A DNA stretch of 5,097 nt from a virus. Position 1 is the first letter of the stretch; every line of letters begins with the position of its first letter. The DNA lies in IMG/VR virus record IMGVR_UViG_3300028844_002921. The stretch is one strand, 5' to 3'. Below the pieces are notes generated by a model, which saw only the letters and a program-made list of their open reading frames with translations, was not told where the DNA came from and ran no database searches. Of this stretch, positions 1-4,836 are shown piece after piece. Made by a program: the position numbers and the translations under genes.

Positions 1-110
1 AGTACGAAAGCCAGGAAGAAGCAGAAAAAGAGTGCAAGGCAATAACATGGAATAGAATTATTCAAATAGTAATGATATTAAACGAAAAACTAAAAACAGA
101 TAACAAATGA
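1..110 (+). CDS. Partial CDS: C-terminal 35 codons plus stop of the 76-aa hypothetical protein (duplicate of 4954-5063 via circular overlap)
   Basis: Reading from position 3 gives YESQEEAEKECKAITWNRIIQIVMILNEKLKTDNK*, identical to the C-terminus of ORF 4833-5063. The stop TGA at 108-110 overlaps the VP1 ATG at 107-109. Confidence 0.6.
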   Translation, partial: YESQEEAEKECKAITWNRIIQIVMILNEKLKTDNK

Positions 111-144
111 AAGTAGCAATAGGAGGAAACCGACTAGGAAGCGG
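1..144. repeat. Terminal direct repeat, copy 1 (identical to 4954-5097); overlap from linearising a circular genome
   Basis: I compared the full 144-nt string with 4954-5097 and found no mismatch. It spans the 3' end of the 76-aa ORF and the first 38 nt of the capsid gene, so it is the same locus read twice and not a discrete repeat element. Confidence 0.95.
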
Positions 145-2083
145 AAACAAAGAAAACGTAAATTTAAAAACATTTAGTAGAAGTACACACGACTTAAGTA
201 GTACCTGGAGAAGCTCGATGAGTAGCGGGACACTAGTGCCATTTATGAGCGAATTAGCACTACCAGGAGACAGTTGGGACATAGACCTGGATTGTAATGT
301 AATGACATTGCCAACGATTGGACCATTATTCGGAAGCTATAAAGTACAATTAGACGTATTCCAAATACCAATAAGACTGTATAATGCAGGACTACACATG
401 AACAAGCTAGGAATAGGAATGAAAATGGGTGAAGTATTTCTACCAAGATTAAAAGTACTAACGAATAATCATGCAGACTATGTGCAAACATTCGAGGACA
501 ACGAACAAATCAATAGTTCGTGCATATTCAAATATTTAGGAATTAGCGGACTAGGAAGAATAACAGGGTCAACAAACCCAGCCAAAAGATACTTCAACGC
601 AGTACCATACTTAGCATACTGGGACATATACAAAAACTATTATGCAAACAAACAAGAAGAAAGAGGATTCGCGATACACACAGACACAAGCGGAGAAACG
701 GACATGGATAGCGCAATACTATTAAATACAAATGAAGTAGTAGGAGATATACTAGGAATTGGACAAGCAGGATATACGGCAGACGTTGACACAGTATTAA
801 GGATAAACTTTCCAGACGGAACAAACGAACCAGACGTAACAGACATCGACGTAGTAGTAGGGGGGACGACATACAATCCGACAGAATTATGGGACAGTGT
901 AGTATGGGAACCAAACTTATCAAGATTCAACTGTACAGAATGTAGAGACGATAGCGGAAGTACTACATGGGTAGTAACAGACAATCCAGTAAAAACAGAA
1001 GGAGGAACAGGAGCACAAATATCACTAGCAGAATTTCCATTAGAAAACATAGACAAAATGCGAGAAGATATATTACAATATCCTTTTGCAAGTGGAGTAT
1101 TCACAGTGAGCGACAGTAACGTAACACCGTATAGCTTCCCGATGGAAAGCTTCGGAACCAATGAAAACAAAACATATTCATGCCAATATACACAGGAAGG
1201 ACTGGGACTAAAAACCTATCAAAGTGATTTATTTAACAACTGGATAGAGACAGAGTGGATAGACGGAACAAACGGAATCAACGAAGTAACAAGAGTAGAC
1301 ACAACAGGCGATAGTTTCACAATAGACAGTTTAAACCTAGCGCAGAAAGTATATGAAATGTTAAACAGAGTTGCGATAAGTGGGGGAAGTTATGATGACT
1401 GGTTAGATGCAGTGTACACACATGAAAGAAGTAAAAGCGTAGAAAGTCCAGTATATCATGGAAGCCTAATAAAAGAACTAGCGTTCCAGGAAGTAGTAAG
1501 TAATGCAGAAACAACAGACCAACCGTTAGGAAGTCTAGCAGGACGAGGAAAACTAACAGGAAAGAACAAAGGCGGAAAAATGGTAATTAAGGTAGATGAA
1601 CCATCATATATAATGGGAATCGTAAGCTTAACGCCAAGAGTAGACTATTCACAAGGGAATAAATGGGACGTAAACCTGGAAACAATGGAAGATTTTCACA
1701 AGCCAAGCTTAGACGGAATAGGTTACCAGGACTTAATTACAGACCAAATGAGTTGGACAGACACAAGTCAAAACGCAAGCAACGGAACAAGTACATTCTC
1801 AAGCGCAGGAAAACAACCAGCATGGATAAACTACATGACAGCGGTGAATAGAACGTATGGAAACTTCGCAGAAGAATCAGAAATGTTCATGACATTAAAC
1901 AGAAGATATACGAAAAATAATAGCACAGGAGCTATTGAGGATTTAACAACGTACATAGACCCAACAAAATTCAATCAGATATTTGCACAAACGCAATTAG
2001 ATGCACAAAATTTTTGGGTACAAATCTCGAAGAGAATAACTGCGAGAAGAAAAATGAGCGCGAAAATTATTCCAAATTTATAA
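107..2083 (+). CDS. VP1: Major capsid protein (Microviridae VP1 / phiX F family), 658 aa
   Basis: This is the largest ORF in a ~5 kb one-strand genome. Several blocks match, from memory, conserved blocks of the Microviridae F/VP1 jelly-roll capsid family: N-terminal FSRSTHDLSSTW..GTLVPFMSELALPGDSWDIDL, YWDIYKNYYAN, GLGLKTYQSDLFNNW and FTIDSLNLAQKVYEMLNRVAISGGSYDDWLDAVY. It sits with pilot and Rep genes. It ends in three tandem in-frame stops, taa taa taa, at 2081-2089. Confidence 0.96.
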   Translation: MKVAIGGNRLGSGNKENVNLKTFSRSTHDLSSTWRSSMSSGTLVPFMSELALPGDSWDIDLDCNVMTLPTIGPLFGSYKVQLDVFQIPIRLYNAGLHMNKLGIGMKMGEVFLPRLKVLTNNHADYVQTFEDNEQINSSCIFKYLGISGLGRITGSTNPAKRYFNAVPYLAYWDIYKNYYANKQEERGFAIHTDTSGETDMDSAILLNTNEVVGDILGIGQAGYTADVDTVLRINFPDGTNEPDVTDIDVVVGGTTYNPTELWDSVVWEPNLSRFNCTECRDDSGSTTWVVTDNPVKTEGGTGAQISLAEFPLENIDKMREDILQYPFASGVFTVSDSNVTPYSFPMESFGTNENKTYSCQYTQEGLGLKTYQSDLFNNWIETEWIDGTNGINEVTRVDTTGDSFTIDSLNLAQKVYEMLNRVAISGGSYDDWLDAVYTHERSKSVESPVYHGSLIKELAFQEVVSNAETTDQPLGSLAGRGKLTGKNKGGKMVIKVDEPSYIMGIVSLTPRVDYSQGNKWDVNLETMEDFHKPSLDGIGYQDLITDQMSWTDTSQNASNGTSTFSSAGKQPAWINYMTAVNRTYGNFAEESEMFMTLNRRYTKNNSTGAIEDLTTYIDPTKFNQIFAQTQLDAQNFWVQISKRITARRKMSAKIIPNL

Positions 2084-2091
2084 TAATAACA

Positions 2092-2122
2092 GGGGCATGA
2101 TCACTAACGTGAATTTGCCCCT
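2092..2122 (+). repeat. Intergenic palindromic hairpin element, copy 1 of 2 (31 nt, identical to 3478-3508); function unknown (regulatory or ssDNA structural signal)
   Basis: Sequence ggggcatgatcactaacgtgaatttgcccct. Outer stem GGGGCA 2092-2097 pairs with TGCCCC 2116-2121. Inner stem TCAC 2101-2104 pairs with GTGA 2109-2112 around a TAAC loop. It starts 8 nt after the VP1 stop. The stem ends 15 nt before the ATG at 2137. No T-tract follows. Confidence 0.85.
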
Positions 2123-2136
2123 TAAAATAAAAAACA

Positions 2137-2484
2137 ATGAGCAAAATAAAAGCATATAGCAAAGCAAAAAAAGGAACAAGAAGCCAACTAACAAGAATTG
2201 AAACAGTGGAAGGAGAAAGAATAGAACAAAAAGTGGCGAGACTATTAGATAATAACGAACCGATAACAGACGGAGCAAGTGAAATATTTACGGAACGAAG
2301 AGACGGAGTAGTAGAAGCATATAACATACGAACAGACAGATTTGAAGTAGCATGTGATGCAATGGACACAGTAAGTAAAAGTAAGTTAGCAAAAAGAGAA
2401 GGTAAGGGAAAAGTCGTAAAACTAAAAGCAGACGAAAAAGAGGATAATATCGGAGATAAGTCAATACAAGGTAAAACAGAGTAA
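2137..2484 (+). CDS. Hypothetical highly charged 115-aa protein; possible internal scaffolding-type protein (function not established)
   Basis: It fills the gap between VP1 and VP2 in a very compact genome. It has the same strand, the same A-ending codon usage and the same A-rich Shine-Dalgarno-less leader as the identified genes, and a strong terminator follows it. The block EPITDGASEIFTERRDGVVEAYNIRTDRFEVACDAMD resembles, from memory only, a small conserved ORF of gut microviruses. Confidence 0.7.
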   Translation: MSKIKAYSKAKKGTRSQLTRIETVEGERIEQKVARLLDNNEPITDGASEIFTERRDGVVEAYNIRTDRFEVACDAMDTVSKSKLAKREGKGKVVKLKADEKEDNIGDKSIQGKTE

Positions 2485-2498
2485 TAACAGAGTAGTAC

Positions 2499-2539
2499 GC
2501 GTGTATTTATATATATCAAGACGTAAATACACGCTTTTT
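2499..2539 (+). terminator. Rho-independent terminator downstream of the 115-aa ORF
   Basis: A perfect 11-bp stem, gcgtgtattta 2499-2509 with taaatacacgc 2524-2534, encloses a 14-nt loop and is followed directly by ttttt at 2535-2539. T5 runs are very rare on this T-poor strand. Confidence 0.7.
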
Positions 2540-2558
2540 ACAAAAAAGCACGAAAAAA

Positions 2559-3470
2559 ATGCCAAGCGGATATAGTACAACAGGAACACCAACAAACACA
2601 AATCAAATGGATTGGACACAAACAGCAATAGGATTAGGAACCGGACTCATAGGAATGATAGGACAAAACCGACGAGAAAGAAGAGCAATGGAAAACCAGG
2701 AAACACTAATGGGAATCCAAAGCAGAAACCAAATGAAACTTAACCAACATGGAGCAGACTTACAATACGACATGTGGAAAAAAACAAACTACCCAGCACA
2801 AGTAGAAATGTTAAAAGAAGCGGGATTAAATCCTGGTTTAATATACGGAAGCGCAGGAGCGGGAGGAACAACAGGAAGTCAAGGCGGAGGAAGTGCGCAA
2901 GGAGGAAATGCACCAAGCCCACAACCAATGGACATACAAAGCGCATTAAATGTAGCAATGAGCAAAGCACAAATAGAATTAGCGAAAAGCCAGGCAAACA
3001 AAAACGAAGCAGAAGCAGAAGCGATAGGAGGATATAAAGCAGAAGAAAGTGGAAGTAAGACTAAATTAAATAATCAACAAGCAAAAGCACTAGTACAACA
3101 AGTACAAGAAAGTATAAGCAAAGCAAAACTGAACACAGAACAAGGCTTAACAGAAGCAAGCAAAAGACAATTAATGAAGGTAACGGAAGGACTACAAGAT
3201 GCACAAACTGGACAAGCAATAGCGAATACAGAGATATCTGAAAAAGATTTACAATGGATGAAAGAGACAGGACTTAACAGAAACGACGGTATAATAGCAA
3301 AAACAATTCAATACCTATCAGAACAAACGGGAGTAGAACAAGGAACAATAATATGGACCTTAGGAGGACTAACAGCAGTAGAAAAAATAATAAAATTATT
3401 ACCACAAAAAGTCATGACAGACTTACTAAGTAAAGCACCAACAGTCATTAGAGGACTAGGGAAAAATTAA
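2559..3470 (+). CDS. VP2: DNA pilot / minor capsid protein (Microviridae VP2, phiX H-like), 303 aa
   Basis: An N-terminal hydrophobic Gly-rich helix WTQTAIGLGTGLIGMIGQ (about nt 2613-2666) is followed by the motif EMLKEAGLNPGLIYG, which is typical of gokusho/alpa-type VP2. Next come a Gly/Ser/Ala linker GSAGAGGTTGSQGGGSAQGG and a long Q/K/E/A-rich, coiled-coil-like C-terminal half. The gene lies between the capsid and Rep genes. Confidence 0.85.
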   Translation: MPSGYSTTGTPTNTNQMDWTQTAIGLGTGLIGMIGQNRRERRAMENQETLMGIQSRNQMKLNQHGADLQYDMWKKTNYPAQVEMLKEAGLNPGLIYGSAGAGGTTGSQGGGSAQGGNAPSPQPMDIQSALNVAMSKAQIELAKSQANKNEAEAEAIGGYKAEESGSKTKLNNQQAKALVQQVQESISKAKLNTEQGLTEASKRQLMKVTEGLQDAQTGQAIANTEISEKDLQWMKETGLNRNDGIIAKTIQYLSEQTGVEQGTIIWTLGGLTAVEKIIKLLPQKVMTDLLSKAPTVIRGLGKN

Positions 3471-3477
3471 GTTTAAC

Positions 3478-3508
3478 GGGGCATGATCACTAACGTGAAT
3501 TTGCCCCT
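3478..3508 (+). repeat. Intergenic palindromic hairpin element, copy 2 of 2 (identical to 2092-2122), immediately upstream of the Rep gene
   Basis: The 31-nt sequence is the same as copy 1. It starts 7 nt after the VP2 stop (3468-3470). Its stem ends at 3507, exactly 15 nt before the Rep ATG at 3523, followed by the A-rich spacer taaaacaaaaaaaaa. Confidence 0.85.
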
Positions 3509-3522
3509 AAAACAAAAAAAAA

Positions 3523-4590
3523 ATGTGCCTATATCCAACAATAATACTGAATAGAAAATACACCAAAACCAAAAAAAATAAAGGGAAAATACCACAAATA
3601 AAAGATGAAAGGACGAGATATGTGCCAGTGGGGTGTGGAAAATGCATGGAGTGTAAAAAACAGAAAAAAAGACAATGGCAAGTAAGACTACAAGAAGAAA
3701 TAAGGCACGATAAAAGAGGACAATTCGTAACATTAAGCTTTAATGATGAAGAATTAGCAAAACTAGAGACGGACTATGATGAACAGGAAATAATTACAGG
3801 AATAAGAAAAACAATAACACTAAGCAACGGAAAACAAAGAAACTACTATAATAAACAAAAAGTCAAAACGAAAAATAAACTACAAGGATATGAGTTAGAC
3901 AATGCAGTAGTAAAAAAAGCAGTAAGAAGATTCCTGGAAAGATGGAGAAAAGAAAATAAAAAGAGTGTTAAACATTGGTTAGTAACAGAATTAGGACAAA
4001 AGAAAACAGAAAGAATACACGTACACGGAATACTATTTACAGACAAAACAACAGAAGAAATAGAAAAAATATGGAAGTACGGTAAAGTATGGATTGGAGA
4101 GTACACAAACGAAAAAACAATAAATTACATAGTTAAATATGTAAGTAAGACAGACAAGCAACACCCTAACTATAATAGCATAACATTATGCAGTCCAGGA
4201 ATCGGAAGTAACTACATAAATAGAATGGATAGTAATAACAACAAATACAAAGGGGATAAAACAAACGAGACATATAAAACGAGACAAGGAATAAAATTGA
4301 ATCTACCAATATATTACAGAAATAAGATATACACAGAAGAAGAACGCGAAAAACTATGGATTCAAAAACTAGATAAAGGGGAAAGATGGGTAAATGGAAT
4401 AAAAATAGATATAAGCGAAAGTGAAGAAGTCTATTATAAAAGACTAAAAGAAGCACAAATAAAGAGCAGAATGCTAGGGTACCAGGACAATAAAAAAAAC
4501 TGGAATAAAATAAAATACGAGAACGAAAGAAGGAATTTAAAAAAAATGGAACGCTTCGCTAAGTTAAAAAACTGGGGCAAAAAAAGGTGA
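3523..4590 (+). CDS. VP4: Rolling-circle replication initiator protein (Microviridae VP4, phiX A-like HUH endonuclease), 355 aa
   Basis: RCR motif I is FVTLSF (aa 68-73, nt 3724-3741). The motif II HUH is HVHGILF (H166/H168, nt 4018-4026). Motif III is the two-tyrosine YIVKYVSK (Y202/Y206, nt 4126-4140), compare phiX A YVAKYVNK. The N-terminus MCLYP plus the Cys cluster GCGKCMECKKQKKRQW is typical of microvirus VP4. Confidence 0.95.
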   Translation: MCLYPTIILNRKYTKTKKNKGKIPQIKDERTRYVPVGCGKCMECKKQKKRQWQVRLQEEIRHDKRGQFVTLSFNDEELAKLETDYDEQEIITGIRKTITLSNGKQRNYYNKQKVKTKNKLQGYELDNAVVKKAVRRFLERWRKENKKSVKHWLVTELGQKKTERIHVHGILFTDKTTEEIEKIWKYGKVWIGEYTNEKTINYIVKYVSKTDKQHPNYNSITLCSPGIGSNYINRMDSNNNKYKGDKTNETYKTRQGIKLNLPIYYRNKIYTEEEREKLWIQKLDKGERWVNGIKIDISESEEVYYKRLKEAQIKSRMLGYQDNKKNWNKIKYENERRNLKKMERFAKLKNWGKKR

Positions 4591-4612
4591 AACAAACTGT
4601 TTACCAATTTTT
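4586..4612 (+). terminator. Candidate weak intrinsic terminator overlapping the Rep stop codon
   Basis: An 8-bp A/T-rich stem with one bulge pairs ggt(g)aaaca 4586-4594 with tgtttacc 4598-4605 around a 3-nt loop. After 2 nt comes ttttt at 4608-4612. The stem is weak, so this call is tentative. Confidence 0.35.
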
Positions 4613-4635
4613 ATGTATATTTAAAAAAAAAAATT

Positions 4636-4836
4636 ATGTTAAAACAATTCAAACAACTAATAAGAAAAACACATCAATGGGATAAAAACGGAACATGTAA
4701 ACACTGCGGAAACGTCAGAATAAAAGTAAGACGAGAAATCAACTCTCAATGGTATGAAACCCTATACGCAGACAAAGAAACAGGGGAAATAGTACAAAAA
4801 ATAAAATGTAAAACAAATCAATTAAAACTATTATGA
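4636..4836 (+). CDS. Hypothetical small basic protein, 66 aa (15 K/R vs 6 D/E; one CxxC); candidate J/VP8-like DNA-binding protein, unproven
   Basis: It is on the same strand and has the same A-rich Shine-Dalgarno-less leader (a run of 11 A at 4623-4633). Its stop overlaps the next ORF's start as ATGA at 4833-4836, and it fills otherwise empty space in a ~95% coding genome. I recognised no family motif. Confidence 0.55.
   Translation: MLKQFKQLIRKTHQWDKNGTCKHCGNVRIKVRREINSQWYETLYADKETGEIVQKIKCKTNQLKLL

Noticed and set aside
121-127. AGGAGGA, which looks like a perfect Shine-Dalgarno sequence
   Set aside because: It lies inside VP1, encoding Ile-Gly-Gly (ata gga gga), with no ATG/GTG start 5-10 nt downstream. 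No real gene in the genome uses a Shine-Dalgarno sequence.
1-144. The 144-nt terminal repeat as a biological direct terminal repeat, LTR, or sign of a mobile element
   Set aside because: It cuts through two coding sequences and is 100% identical, and Microviridae genomes are covalently closed circles. It is best explained as assembly or linearisation overlap.
1663-1851. A 62-aa basic + strand ORF in an alternate frame inside the VP1 gene
   Set aside because: The compositional argument is the same as for 2774-3037. There is no leader or coupling signal and no recognisable motif.
2077-2092. tttataataataacag resembles part of the phiX174 origin core TTGATATTAATAACAC as I recall it (13/16 by eye)
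   Set aside because: It is low-complexity A/T sequence made largely of the VP1 triple stop taataataa. The nick dinucleotide context (TG/A) is not preserved, the upstream flank of hairpin copy 2 does not share it, and the comparison rests on memory. It is not sufficient to call an origin.
2092-2122. The hairpin repeats as rho-independent terminators, CRISPR repeats or a MITE
   Set aside because: The stem is followed by A-rich sequence and not a T-tract. There are only two copies, 1386 nt apart and separated by genes, with no spacer array and no cas genes. There are no target-site duplications or terminal inverted repeats beyond the palindrome itself.
3006-3022. Tandem hexamer gaagca gaagca gaagc
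   Set aside because: It lies in frame inside VP2 and encodes EAEAEA within the coiled-coil-like region. This is a trivial codon-level repeat with no sign of being a regulatory or slippage element.
2774-3037. An 87-aa, extremely basic + strand ORF in an alternate frame inside the VP2 gene, considered as an overprinted J/VP8-like DNA-binding protein
   Set aside because: It starts at GTG with no distinctive upstream signal. On a purine-rich, T-poor strand any alternate frame is enriched in AAA/AGA/AAG (Lys/Arg) codons and depleted in stops, so a basic open frame of this length is expected by chance. It would only be worth revisiting if the frame stays open with synonymous-site suppression in VP2 of related genomes.
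3514-3523. Long poly-A tracts (A10 before the Rep ATG, A11 at 4623-4633, several A7-A8 runs inside Rep) as phase-variable slippage sites
   Set aside because: They are consistent with the overall A-richness and with A-rich translation leaders. The window offers no evidence of length heterogeneity, and the coding tracts are in frame. This can only be assessed from read-level data.
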